This document shows positions 14,625-32,228 of a stretch of DNA of 64,000 nt, one piece after another. The notes below the pieces were generated by a model. That model did no database searches. It was not told the DNA's origin and was given only the letters and a program-made list of their open reading frames with translations. The position numbers and the translations under genes are program-made. Location: the NCBI RefSeq assembly GCF_009914755.1, contig NC_060937.1, one strand, 5' to 3'. The stretch comes from the human T2T-CHM13v2.0 reference genome, Homo sapiens. Position 1 is the stretch's first letter. Each line of letters begins with the position of its first letter.

Positions 14625-16703
14625 GTAATTTAAAGTATATATAGTTGTTATAAATTACTTGCCATAAAATATTATAATTAACATAATTTGAGGGATATTT
14701 TTGATGATAAGCAATGGTATATACCTTCTTATGTGAATTGCTTGTTAGCATAAAAGAAACTACCAGTTTGGTTCCTGCGCCTGCTTTAAATAAGCCTGCT
14801 TTTGAACAAGTTCCTGAGAACTTTCATAACCATTAAAGTCACTAATTTGAAAGATTCTTTATTAACAGCTTGTTTTGTTACAGGGAGCAGTATTAAATTG
14901 TTGGACATGTTTATAATTATATGTAGCAGTTTCCAAGATGGTGCTGAACACTCAGCACTGTCTCGGGTCCAGGTAATTCTGGGAGTCTATCATGATCTGT
15001 GTCCTCAAAGCCCTTATCTGGTTAGTGAAACAAGGCAAAAACCTAAAACATTTGCACTACAAAGTAACATGCCAAGAGCTAAGTGACTGGTAAAAAGAGT
15101 AAATGTAATAGGAATTTAGAGATGGTGAGAATTGAGGTAGCCCTTGTAATGTTCTCCTGACTGGGGAAATGAAATGCACAAAGGTACAGAGAGACATTTT
15201 AGGGAAATGGTGTAACTGTTTGACTTGAACAGTGGAGGTTTGGTGAAGAGTAGTGGTAGTGAATAGCATTCAGGAGAGGTAGGGGCCGGTTGGTGGGGTT
15301 GGTAGGGAGAGCCTCAGTGGAGGTTTCTGAGCAGTGAGGTAATAAGATCAACCTGCAGCTGCTATGTTTGCAGGGCCTGAATGGGAAGATATATGGTAAG
15401 GAAAGTATTTCTGTATTAAAGGATGATGATAGAGTGATAAAAACCTAAAGGAGGCACACACTCACTTACATAAGAAAGTGGCTTTTGTTAGTACTAAGAG
15501 TCCCTCCCTAGTTACTTAGTCTCCATGGCAAGTCACTGAAATATGGTAGAGATTGAAATTTTTAGTTTGTCTAGACAGCTTTCACTGCTTCTTCGCTTAA
15601 TTGACACAGAAGAATAGCTTGTGGTATAGCAAAGGCTGCCAGGTGTCTCAGAGACCACGAATGTGCATGCCACACAACCCAGCCGACAGCAGGCCTTGCC
15701 CAGACTCACTCCTCTCCCTTGAACGCAAAGGGAGATGCTGACAGAGGGCCTCTTAGGTGCTAGCCTCTGCTCTAGGCCTGGACACACAGCTGGGGGCTGA
15801 GCAGTAGGAAATCCCTGCCTTTCTAGAGCTTCCATTTCAGTGGTGGGAAAGAGAAAATAAACTATGAGGAGTATTAGATTAGATAAGAGAGAGGCTGATA
15901 GGAATGGCATGGCCAGGGAGGAGGTTCCACTTTAAACATGCATCTGGGAAGACGTCGCTGCAAAGGTAACATTTGAGTCAACACCTTAAAATGGTTAGAG
16001 GACAGACCACACGGGTGCAGGGAGATGAGTGCTGAGGCAGGAGCAGGGCTAGGAGGGAGGGGACTGCATTGGCAGAAGAGGGAATGGTAAGAAGAGATAG
16101 GACAAGATCTGCTGGGAGGCAGCAACAGTAATTCAGTGAGGAGCAGTAAAACAGTGAGGAGCAGTGAGTTTGGACAAAGGTGGGATCAGTGGAAATGAAG
16201 AGAATTGCTGTAGGTCAGCTTATCAGTTAGGGACACATTCAGCACCCAATAACTGTAAGTGAACTTTATTCAGAGTTTTAAAGTTACCATGATTCCTGCT
16301 TTTAGACTGTTTCGAGTCCCACCAATTTTGGATTTTTAAATGAAACTTTATTTCTTCACCTCTGAACGTAACCTTTTCTTTCTCTTTGTACGTAGTGTAA
16401 TTTATTAGTATCATCTAAAGGTGATGTATTTGGGAATTGGAATTATATATAACTAGTTATTTTGTGGTAAATAACTAGAAAACTCTATGAACTTGAAAGT
16501 GTATATTACATAAACCAAAGTAGTAGAATTACTCCCTTATAGCGCGTCAAAATACCAGGAAGAAAATTCTATGAAATGAGTCACTAGCCAAACTGTCTAG
16601 TTAATACTATGATTGTCAGAAGCTAAATTTGATATTTGCTGACTATAAAAATGTCATCAAGTGGAGTTTATTTTTATGATTATCTTTATTGAACTTTAAA
16701 TAG

Positions 16704-16829
16704 GAGTTACCTAAAAATCCATGGGAGAAATTGTCTATTCACCTCTATTTTGATGGAATGTCACTTTCTTATTTTATGGCATACTATAAATACTGTACTT
16801 CTGAACATACTGAGGAGATGTTGAAAGAA
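16704..16829 (+). CDS. RNF17: RNF17 coding exon ([42 protein letters not shown])
   Basis: aaatag| ... gaa|gtaagt; 126 nt, open frame. Confidence 0.92.
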
Positions 16830-17974
16830 GTAAGTGCACTATTTTTCTATAAAAATCTAAAGTGTAGAAAAGTCTAGTTAAAATGTCACATTTTGTCTTA
16901 CACTGTGTCTTAAATATGATTCTACATATCTGATCTATTAAGAGAGTCTAGAGGACTTACACATTTTTGCTGAGAAAGATGAATAGGCTGTGTCATGCAT
17001 TATAAATGTCCTGTAAAAGACTTTAATTACATTAAGATTCAATTAATGTTTCTGTACCTTCAAACCTAGTGCGATGCCCATGCTATTCAGTGTTGTTTGA
17101 ATTAGAGATGCACATTCTAAAATCTTTATAGAATTCAGTACCAGCAGAGGGCTCTTGCTCCAGATAAAATATTTTTTCCTTTTACTTGACACAAAAGCCG
17201 TGTATTACAAAATTTCTCTCATTTGCCTTCTCACAGGAAACCCAGAGTCACATTTTGAGCTTAGCTTCCATAAGTGGCTCATTCCTTGCCTGGTGCTTCT
17301 GTGGTTTAGTACTTTAAAAAATATAGCCTGTTACAAGATATGGTTTCACATTTCAAGCTGCTATAAATCTTTTATAGGAGTAGATTATGCATCATTATAT
17401 TTTATATCACAAGATATTTTTATTTCTAGAGTTGCAGTCTACTTGTTAGACTCTTTAATATTCATTTTGGTGGTAGTACACAACCAAACATTGTTCTATG
17501 GATAAAGAAAACTACTTTCTTCTCTCAAATAGAAATCGTGCTATAACTTTGTTCCTGTAATCCTCACTGCCAGCTTTTTCTTTAAAGCAGAGGTGTGGTT
17601 GTTGTGGGTGAGTGGGGGTGTGTGTGTGTGTAAAAGAAGTTACGTCTGTTATTAAACACGTTTTATAAAGATTACTTAGTCTTTCTGTTCTAGTTGTACT
17701 ATTCACTGTGAACATTTTAAAGGGAAAGGTAAGAACTCCCACTCTTATAATAAATGAATTAGCTTTGACATGTGTTAACATGTATTTGAGGTTTCTTATT
17801 GTTGAAAACTTATGGTGAGATTATTCAGAACATTAGATTTTCCTGTAATTGATCTGAAATAAATAAATGAATACCAACAAGGAAATGCACCCAGTTTTTG
17901 TGGGGATGAAATATGGAAAGTACCTTAAAACAATATAGCTAAAGGTGATTTTACTCAATACCATATTATTTCAG

Positions 17975-18034
17975 AAACCAAGATCAGATCATGATAAAAA
18001 GTATGAAGAGGAACAATGGGAAATAAGGTTTGAG
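17975..18034 (+). CDS. RNF17: RNF17 small coding exon ([20 protein letters not shown])
   Basis: tttcag| ... gag|gtaagt; 60 nt, phase 0 to 0. Confidence 0.88.
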
Positions 18035-18109
18035 GTAAGTAACAATCCAAGTATTTTGGAAACTTTGGACACTTCATTAATAAAAAGGATCTGATACAGG
18101 ACAGAAAGC

Positions 18110-19260
18110 TCTCTTTTATAACAGTTTTATTATTTATATATCATAGAATTTACCTATTGAATATACAGTTCAGTGTTGTTTAATATCGTTCACTGTTTTG
18201 TAACCATCACCACTATTTCCAGAACATTTCATCACCCCCAAAAGAAGCCCTGTACCAGCAGCAGTCATTCTGCATTCTTCCTTCCCTAGCTTCATGACAG
18301 CCACTTCTGTCCCTATGGATTTGCTTATCCTGTGCATGTCATATAAATGGAATCATACACTATGTGGTCCTTTGTCGCTGGCTTTTCACTTAGCATAACA
18401 TTTTCAAGGTTCATACATGTTGTATATATATCAGTGCTTCACTTCTTTTTGTTGCTGAATAAAATTCCATTGTATGGATGTATTTTGTTTACCCATTCAT
18501 CTGTTGATAGACACATGGGTTGTTTCCACCTTATGGTGGTTGCGAGTAATGCTGCTGTCTGATCAGGTACAAGTTTTTATGTAGACATATGTTTTCCCTT
18601 CTTTAGGGTATACACCTAGTAGTGGAATTACTGAGTCTGTGGTAACTATGTTTAACATTCTAAAGATCTCCAAGACTGTTTCCCAAAGTGGCAGCATCAT
18701 TTTACATGTATGTCAGTAGTGTGTGTGCAAGGACCCCATTTTTTCCATCTCCTCACCAGATTACTACTTGTATTCTGTTTTTCTAGCCATTTTAGGATAG
18801 GCATGAAGTGGCATATCACTGTAGACTTGATATGCTTGTCCTGGTGATTAGTATTGTTGAGCATCTTTTCATGTGCCTATTGGATATATATATATATTTT
18901 GAGAAATCCCTTCAAATCTATTTGAGTTATTTATCTTTTTATTGTTGAGCTATAACAGTTCTTTATGCATGCAAGTACCTTATCAAATATATGATTGCAA
19001 ATATTTTCTTTTATTCTGTGGGTTGTCTTTTCACATTAATGGATTTGAGAGTGTCTCGCTATATTGCCCAGGCTGGTCTTGAACTCCGGGGCTCAAGCAG
19101 CCCTCTTGCCTTTTTGCAGAGTAGCTGGAACTAAAGGCATGGACCACCACACCCAGCTTTCTTTTCACTTTTTTGATAGTGTCCTTTTAAGTACCAAAGT
19201 TTTTAATTTTGATGAAGTCCAATTTATCTGTTTTTTTTCTTTTGTCACTTGGACTTTTTG
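18110..19260 (-). mobile_element. L1M 3' fragment (with short Alu monomer near 19045-19157)
   Basis: antisense L1 3'UTR phrases (ccattcatctgttgatagacac, ttaattttgatgaagtccaattt). Confidence 0.75.
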
Positions 19261-20021
19261 GTGTAGGAAGAGTTTTAGTACATAAACCTTTGTAATTTAT
19301 GAAAATAACATAACCTTATTGTAAATTGCCTGTTACTTAAGTTCAACAAATTTCAACAGTGGCTGATCACTTTTTGCTGAATTTTCCTAGGTTCAAACTT
19401 TTTTTTTGTCTACCAGTTTGAAATGTTAAATAGTAATAAATTAACCTACAAATTTGAATATGATGGTTTTACTTAAGATAATTACCATATTCTTGAAGAA
19501 TAAGAACTTTTTATAAAGATATTGCTTGTATTTGCAGAAAAACATGCACCACATTTTTATACACATTTGCTTTTAACAATTGCTGGGTGCCGTGATCTTC
19601 CTGGGAATCTTGTAACTGTAGTATTCCTTTGCTTTCATATGGCTTAAGAGAAAGCACACCTTTTTGATGATTTTAACTTAAATTTTCTTTTAGCATTTCA
19701 TGTATTATTTTAGTTTTTATTAGAAGTACTTATTCTTAAATACAGCAAAAATGTATAAAAGGAAAAAGGATCTGTTCCTCATTCTGCACCTCAAACACCC
19801 CAGCCCTCATTAGTGGCAGTTACTATTGACTATTCTTCTAGAATTGTATGTATATGTGTAGATAATATGCACATCAATAAACATTCATGCATTTTTTTGC
19901 ACAAAATACTTTTTGAAATTAGAGGACAAAAGAATACTAAAGATCTTTGATTATCATCACATTTTGGTCCTACTGTAACAAAATCATTTTATGGTATTCA
20001 GTATTTAAGAGAGCTTGCTGG

Positions 20022-20370
<349 letters not shown>

Positions 20371-20430
20371 TTATAATGTAATAGATTTTTGTCCTTATTC
20401 TGAAATTTGAATTTTTCTGTGGTGTTTTAG

Positions 20431-20547
20431 GAATTGCTTTCGGCTGAAACAGACACTCCTCTTTTACCACCATATTTGTCTTCATCTCTGCCTTCCCCAG
20501 GAGAACTCTATGCTGTTCAAGTTAAGCACGTTGTCTCACCTAATGAA
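20431..20547 (+). CDS. RNF17: RNF17 coding exon ([39 protein letters not shown])
   Basis: ttttag| ... gaa|gtatgt; 117 nt; V.HV.SP strand that opens an extended Tudor domain. Confidence 0.92.
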
Positions 20548-21593
20548 GTATGTGATCTAAATGATTAGTTGGTGATTAAAAATGTAACAAGCTGTCTTGG
20601 TCTTAAACACTATCAGTGACTCTTCACTTCTCTATTTTCCTGATTTCAAATGTTGCAAATTCGTGAACTCTAGTTTGCCCCACCCTATAATATCCTCTTC
20701 AGATATTTGTCAATGTTTAAGGCAAGTGTTTTTTAAGGACCTACTGGGTTCCTGGTGTTGTGCTGCTTTATTCAATGTTATGCTTACATCTGATATTTAG
20801 ATTTTTAAGGTGGAACCGTTTCTACCTATGAAATCTTAAACATCTCGCTTCCCTTCCTCTTCCTGCACTGAACTCTTCCACTTAACCACCTGGCTGACAC
20901 CGTGTTCCACTTACTATGTTTGTCTGCCTCCCCTTAGGGTATAGCTCCATGTTGTTCATTGAGGTATCCCCAGAACCTAGAATAGTGCCTGTTAAATACT
21001 AGGCACCTGGTGAATATTGATTGAATGTGTGAATAAAGGCACTAAAAGTTCAATTACATGTCCTTGGCTAACAAAGAGAGGAAGAAATAAGTAGCTTCAG
21101 CAGCTCCTTCAGCCTTTTACACAGTAAGCCATTCTCTCACAGGCAGGGGAAGGATTTGCTTTCTAATTTCATCAGAGGGCAGAGTAAGTAGCATGTTATG
21201 CTCTATATAGTTGCTAAACAACTATTGCTGGTTTTGGTAATTTTGCTTATTTATTGCTGTATCACAATTTACCCCTAAACTTAGCAGCTTAATACAAACA
21301 CACATGAGGGTCAGGAATCTGGGAGCTGCTGAGTTAAGCACTCTAGCTCAGGCTCTCAGGAGGTTGCAATCATGATGTTGGCAGGGGCTGCAGAAACCAC
21401 TTTCGAAAAGACTCACTCACATGGCACCACCTGGAAGGCTGTGTTTCCTGCCCGTGGCCTCTCCAGTTGTCTGCTTGCAGCATGGCTATGGCTTCCTGGC
21501 GCATGAAATCCCTGGCAGAGTTCTACCAAGACAGAAGCTACATGTCCTTGTAAGCCAGTCTCAGGAGTCACACACTGTCACTGCAGTTGTGGT

Positions 21594-22239
<646 letters not shown>

Positions 22240-22401
22240 TAAGTGTGGTAGGATGTGGGAAGGAATAGGAGGTGAATATCAGGAGGTGTAGGGGTCTCTG
22301 GGAGCATCGCTGGAGGCTGTCTGCTACAGTAATTTTGTCCACATACGTGAATTCTTGACATTCCAGAATCTGAAAGTTTTCCTTTCATTCTCCCCACTTA
22401 G

Positions 22402-22570
22402 GTGTATATTTGCCTTGATTCTATAGAAACTTCTAACCAGTCTAACCAGCATAGTGACACAGATGATAGTGGAGTCAGCGGGGAATCAGAATCCGAGAGC
22501 CTTGATGAAGCACTGCAGAGGGTTAATAAGAAGGTAGAGGCGCTTCCTCCTCTGACGGATTTTAGAACAG
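22402..22570 (+). CDS. RNF17: RNF17 coding exon ([16 protein letters not shown]...LPPLTDFRT)
   Basis: cttag| ... cag|gtatac; 169 nt, phase 0 to 1. Confidence 0.93.
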
Positions 22571-23121
22571 GTATACTTACTATATTTGAATGAAACAGGA
22601 TACTTAATAAAACTTGGATTTTGTTTCAATGGGCTGATGACCTTGGGCTATCTCTAATGCTGATATTTTCCTCATATTCACTTTACATGCATGATTTCCT
22701 GTAATCCTCAAGATACCCAGAAGATGACTTCTTTCTCATTTTCTAGATAAGGAAGGTGAACTAAGAGACGCTAAGTAAACTCCCTTGGAGAACACTTTCA
22801 CGTTCCACAAATAAGACAGCGTTGGAAAATTGCATAAAGATTATTTTCTAAGTTTGAGGTTATCAGTAGCTGAAATTGCAAGAGTTGTCATTCAGACCTT
22901 AATGGTCATCATTTAAATTACAAGCCACCTACAATTATAATCTTGAGGTGGAGGCTCAAAGTATGACCTGTTCTGTCAAGACAGGTCAGATTTCTACTCT
23001 TTTATCTTTTCAGTCCATTCTTCCCATCTTTATTAAATATGTGTGATTCTCCTCTGAGGAAAATGTATCTAGTTATTGCGGTATGTAATGCATAGAGATG
23101 TATTTATTCTTGATATTTTAG

Positions 23122-24078
<957 letters not shown>

Positions 24079-25251
24079 CTGATGAGTTTATATATGCAAG
24101 AAATTGTCTATAACTCTTTAATTAAAATCGCTTGAAATAAAAATCTTTATTCATTAGTCAAGTATTTTAATGCCACTTGCCCACAAGTAGAATTCTCTGT
24201 GAAATTACACAGAAAGCATATGACATAAGGAAGTAGAACAAGATGGGAAACTGAGGCGCATGCCATCACTCTGAAATCTAAGGATGTACGAAGGGAAGTA
24301 TATACCGTACTAATTTTTCCACCGTTTAACTCAAGCCTAGCACTCATTGGTACACTTTTTTTTTTACTGAGTATTTGCTTGTATCAGGTACCGTGTTAGG
24401 AATACAAACATCAGTTCTGCACTCAAGAACAGGTGCTCTAAGCAGAGAAGAGACATGTAAACCAAGTAGAGTATGAAAAGAATAGCTCTTCTTAAAGGAG
24501 TGTGTGTAATGCCGTAGGATCACAGGGAAAACAGTGATCAGTTACTAGGGCTTTGTTGGTCATGTTGGAGCTGGGCTTTGAAAGAAGAATGATAACTGCT
24601 CAAGGTGATGAATACCCTAAAAACTGTCAGAATGTGTTCCCGATGTTTATGATAAACATCATAAAAAGAAGGGCTCAGGAAAACTTTAGATGAAGGGGGA
24701 CAGCCATGAACTAAATAGAGGGATCAAAGTTTTAAGTAATCCTGTTTAGGTGACTCATTGAGGAAATGTGGTAGAAGTTGTTTGGGAGAACAGACAACTG
24801 AAGAAGCCTGTACATTGTAATAAGGACTTGATATTACAGGCAGTTAAGGTGTACCATTAAAGAATTTTAAATAAGAGCAATGTAATTGAATTTTTAAAAA
24901 TTCAATTCTGGTAGTCCCATAGCAAATGAAAGGACAGAATGGAAGGCAGGAACAGCAAATATTTACATCCTTTGCCAAAGATGATGGCCCACGCTAGAAG
25001 AGACTAGGGGAGTATCAGAAGTTGGGGCAGTGGCAATATGAGCTAATAAGTCTTAGGAATACAAGAACTAGCAACTCTGGGAATGGGAGAAATGCCTTTC
25101 TTTGAAGCTTAATCCTTAGGAATTAGTGAACAAAGGCTTATAAAATATGAACAGAAAAAGAGAAGCCAACATAAGACCAACTGTTCAATATTTAATTCTG
25201 GATTGTGAGCCTATATTTGTTACATTTTCTTCTTTGTACTTTTCTGTATTA

Positions 25252-25880
25252 AACATTTTTTGATACATAATTGTGTATGTTTATGGGGTACATGTGATAT
25301 TACCTGCATAGAATGTGTAATTATCAAGACAGTATTTAGGGTATTCATCACCTCGAGCAGTTATTTCTATGTGTTGGAAACATTTCAAGACTTCTAGTTA
25401 ATCTGAAATATACAATCCATTGTTGTTAACTAGGCACCCTACTCTGCTCTCAAATATTAGAACTTATTCCTTCCAACTATATGTTTGTACCTATCAACCA
25501 ACCTCTCTTCATCCCCCCACCCCAAACACATGTATATTTGCCTTTCATGGCCTCATGTAACTGAACCATTAATCTCCTTGTTATCTTCATGAGATCCACT
25601 TCTTTAGCTCTCATATGAGTGAGAACATGCGATATTTGTCTTTCTGTGCTTGTCTTATCTTAGTTAATATAATGATCCATCCATGTTGCTGCAAATAACA
25701 GGATTCCATTCTTTTTTATGGCCAAATAGTATTCCATTGTGTATATAATCACCACATTTTCTTTATCCATTCATCTGTTGATGGACACCTGGGTTGATTC
25801 CGTATCTTGGCTATTGTGAATAGTGCTGCAACAAACATGGGGTACAAGTAGCCCTTTGATATGCTGATTTCCTTTGGATT
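25252..25880 (-). mobile_element. L1MA-type 3' fragment
   Basis: ORF 25749..25994(-) ends with L1 ORF2 C-terminal text MFVAALFTIAKIRNQPRCPSTDEWIKKMW. Confidence 0.88.
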
Positions 25881-25933
25881 AAAAAAATTTAATGAAAGAC
25901 AATATGATTTTTTCCCTTTTTCTGTCTTTCCAG

Positions 25934-26069
25934 AAATGCCTTGCCTTGCAGAATATGATGATGGCTTATGGTATAGAGCGAAGATTGTTGCCATTAAAGA
26001 ATTTAATCCTTTATCTATCTTAGTACAATTTGTTGATTATGGATCAACTGCAAAGCTGACATTAAACAG
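25934..26069 (+). CDS. RNF17: RNF17 coding exon, last Tudor core ([18 protein letters not shown]...[15 protein letters not shown])
   Basis: ttccag| ... ag|gttaaa; 136 nt, phase 1 to 2; classic Tudor motifs DGxWYRA and FVDYG. Confidence 0.96.
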
Positions 26070-26234
26070 GTTAAAAATAAATGTCGGGGTGTTGAATTAG
26101 ATTTCTTTTTTTTTAAATAGTTTTCTTATTGAGAATATTTTTGCCTCTTTTAAAAGAAAAGGGTTATTCTAAGGCTGTTTATAAATTAGGAATTTTTTTC
26201 GTGTTAAAGTATACATAAAATTTACCATTGTAGC

Positions 26235-28760
<2,526 letters not shown>

Positions 28761-28804
28761 TCAGCCGGAAGAGAATTTTAATGTAAGAATTTCTTTTGTG
28801 ACAG

Positions 28805-28994
28805 ACTGTGCCAAATTCCTTCTCATCTTATGCGGTATCCAGCTCGAGCCATAAAGGTTCTCTTGGCAGGGTTTAAACCTCCCTTAAGGGATCTAGGGGA
28901 GACAAGAATACCATATTGTCCCAAATGGAGCATGGAGGCACTGTGGGCTATGATAGACTGTCTTCAAGGAAAACAACTCTATGCTGTGTCCATG
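28805..28994 (+). CDS. RNF17: RNF17 coding exon ([18 protein letters not shown]...[10 protein letters not shown])
   Basis: tgacag| ... atg|gtaagt; 190 nt, phase 2 to 0. Confidence 0.93.
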
Positions 28995-30177
28995 GTAAGT
29001 GTCTCAAGTAGCCAAAATTATTGTAAAGCTATTTCTGTGTCGATACTTTGTAAAGTGTTTGTTTCTATGCAGCGTCTACATGCGAGAGTATACTAAAGCA
29101 TATACAGCTATATAGGATATAGTTTATATGTATAGCTTTATATATACATATAAAGCTTAATTTTGAGGCTTGTTAAAATGTCTTAGTTTATATTTAACAA
29201 ACTGCTTACCCCTGTGGTGATATAAAATATCATTTATGTAATTAATAAAATGCTCAAGATGAGTATCCCATAATTAACTTATAATGGGGAAACAAATATG
29301 CAAACAAGTATGAGGTTGAATGAAATAAGTACTATAACAGAGCTATAGCTAACTTTGTGGGTGGGGGAAGCGTAAGAAGAAATGATTATTTGCATCTGGA
29401 GAGGACAGGAAAGGGTGTTTGAGCTGCTACTTAGAAGCCACTCAAGTATTTAATTGAATAAGTAAAACAGGAATGTGGCATTTCACCTGCATCCTAAAAG
29501 AAGAGTGGGAAAGAAAGAATGGTAGTTCTGCTCATTATAGAAAGGCTTGAATTATGCTAATTGTACTAATCTCATAATTGTACTACTTATTTGATGTAGT
29601 AGAACCTGTGTCAAAAGGTCAACTAAAAAACTCCAGACTGCATTTAATGTAAATGTTTTCTTCTTAGGCTCAGCATGTCACAGTAGCCCACAGGCAGAAT
29701 CTGGCCTGTACCTTGTTTTATTTAGCACACAGTGTTTTAAAGTTGGAAATTTTACCCAAAAAGTCTGTATTTCTGGCCCTGATTAGATATTCTAAAAACT
29801 AGGAATCCTGGGTCTCCCCATCCCCCTGAAATGGCAGTCAGCTGAAAGTGTAGCCACAGCCCCTTAGATAGGAACATGTGATGTTCAGTTCACCTAGTCC
29901 TCACTGCTGGTGTGCAGCTCAGCCTGCTTCCCTCCTTTGTGATTCCTGCCTGGTGCCATGATTTGGGGATTCCTGACACACTGGCTATGACAAAAATGAG
30001 CTCATAATCAGTCAGCATGGTTCCTGGAAAGTGCTTTTTGAAAACCTGTGTATATATGCTATTGCATGTGCAGAGTGGTATGAATAGCTCATACAGGGTT
30101 TCTCTCAACCCAGTGAAAAAAGGGCAAGTATTTCTTATAGATAGGTATTTTTTCACTTCTCTAATATTCAGAATTTT

Positions 30178-30685
30178 GTCAGTATATAAGGATAAGCAGA
30201 ACCATAGGATATATGAGAGGATTTATTACGGGAATTGGCTCACACAGTCAAAGGTGAAGTCCTATGATAGCTGTCTGCAAGCTGGAGAACCAGAGAAGCT
30301 GGTAGCGTGGCTCAGTCTGGAGGCCTCAGAACTAGGGAAGCTGACAATGCAGCTGCTAGTCCAAGGCCAAAGAGCCCCTGGGAGGTCACTGGTGCAAGTT
30401 CTACAGTCCAAAAACCAAAGAATCTGGAGGCTGATGTCTGAGGGCAAGAGGAGAAAAGGTGTCCCCCACTTAGGAAGGAAAGGAGAGCAGAGAACCCCCT
30501 TTCTGCCTGTCTCCCAGCCAGCTGGATGTCCCCTGCCCACATAGAGAGTGGGTCTTCCTCTCTGTCCACTGATTTAGCATCAGTCTCCTCTGAAAACACC
30601 CTCACAGACACACCTAGAAATGCTTCACCAGCCATTGAGGCATCCCTCAATCCAGCCAAGTTAACAACTAATATTAACCATCACA
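30178..30685 (-). mobile_element. MLT2-type ERVL LTR
   Basis: atttattacgggaattggctcac ... ccagccaagttaacaactaatattaaccatcaca. Confidence 0.8.
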
Positions 30686-30994
30686 GTCAGTTTATGCATA
30701 AAGGTATAATGCTTTGTGTGGAATGCAAATGAACTGTAACAAGGGATGGTGGTGACAAAGCCCACTGGCTTCATTTAGGAAGACCCTGTGAGAAGGAATT
30801 TAAAGAGAGCAGAAGAATGGAAAGAATGGGATTTTGCAGGAAACCACTACAGATGCCTTTTGGAAGCATAGAGCATAAATTATCAATAGGCCCCTGAGAA
30901 CACCTTTTCACACCCGTGTGAATGGCCAGATATGAGAGGGAAAAGGCAGCAAAGACATTACTGTTTTCTTGACAACTGTATCTTTTAATTTTAG

Positions 30995-31093
30995 GCTCCA
31001 GCACCAGAACAGATAGTGACATTATATGACGATGAACAGCATCCAGTTCATATGCCGTTGGTAGAAATGGGGCTTGCAGATAAAGATGAATAA
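30995..31093 (+). CDS. RNF17: RNF17 last coding segment ([32 protein letters not shown]); exon continues to 31103
   Basis: ttttag| acceptor; TAA at 31091-31093; donor |gtaagt at 31104. Confidence 0.92.
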   Translation, partial: APAPEQIVTLYDDEQHPVHMPLVEMGLADKDE

Positions 31094-31544
31094 GTGCCTA
31101 AGTGTAAGTTCTCATTCTCTTCATAGCATAAGGCATGGGACTAGTGGAGATGAATGCTAGATTGATCAGAAAAGCACCCGTGGATTTTCCTTGATTTCTC
31201 AAAGGAATGACAGCAACGCTCCACCAGATTTCTTCATAGGCCCTTCTCACCTATTCAGCACTAGTATCAAAGAGGTCCCCTATCTGTAAGGATGCCTGGA
31301 TGGGCTGTCATGACTCTGACAGTACCAGGGTACATAGGGAGAGCAGGAGAGAGTGGCCACTGTAAATAATTTTAAGCACATAAATATCTGCTAAGCACAT
31401 AGAACTACTGAGCAGTCACCATCCTCATACCACGTACTTACATGGGTAGCCAGCTAACTTTTTATCTTGTCCATAAGAAATGATTCAGCTAGATTGAACA
31501 TTTACATTAAGCAAAGGTTTAAAATAACACATTTTGTTTTTCAG

Positions 31545-31735
31545 GTATACAGTGAGAGCATCTATAGAAGCCTAGAAGAATTCTGTTATGTTTAGACTAT
31601 GTCTTATCTTTAGACTATTTCAGGCTTAATTTTCCTAACTTGTTCAGCACTAGTGCTTTACCTCTCATTTTTAATTGAACTGTTAGGAATTGTGTGGGGA
31701 AAAAAAGTAAATAAATGTTCGCTTCCAAACATTTG
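31545..31735 (+). other. RNF17: RNF17 non-coding terminal (3'UTR) exon
   Basis: strong acceptor ttttgtttttcag| ending 31544; AATAAA at 31710-31715; 3' end approximate. Confidence 0.8.
31710..31715 (+). terminator. RNF17: polyadenylation signal AATAAA of RNF17
   Basis: AATAAA followed about 20 nt later by a T/GT-rich element (tttgcttgttt). Confidence 0.75.
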
Positions 31736-31880
31736 CTTGTTTCATTTTACCACAATTTCAAAATGAAATAGCTAAGACACATGAAAAAAAATTTAGTTCA
31801 TTTTATACCTAATGATTCAACTTAAGACATTAGTACAAAAAGGCTTCTCCCAAACACATTCCCCCTGCCTTCTGTAGAAG

Positions 31881-32228
31881 TGTATTAGTCTCTTCTTATA
31901 CTGCTATAAAGAACTGCCTGCGACTGGGTAATTTAGAAAGGAAAGAGGTTTAATTGACTCAGTTCCACATGGCTGGGGAGGCCTCAGGAAACCTACAAAC
32001 ATGGGGGAAGGGGAAGCAAGTCACCTTCTTCACAAGGTGGCAGGAGGGAGAAATGCAAAGGGGGGAAACGCCCCTTATAAAACCATCAGATCTTGTGAGA
32101 ACTCACTAGCATGAGAACAGCCTGGGGAAACCACCCCCGTGATCTGATCACCTCCCACGAGGTCCCTCCTCCAACACATTGGGATTACAATTCGAGATTT
32201 TGGGTGGGAACACAGCCAAAGCATATTA
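31881..32228 (-). mobile_element. THE1 solo LTR immediately downstream of RNF17
   Basis: tgtattagtc...gggaacacagccaaagcatatta; flanks agaag/agagg. Confidence 0.87.

Noticed and set aside
30017-30732. 175-aa and neighbouring ORFs
   Set aside because: Lie across an MLT2 LTR within an RNF17 intron; no domain or splice support.
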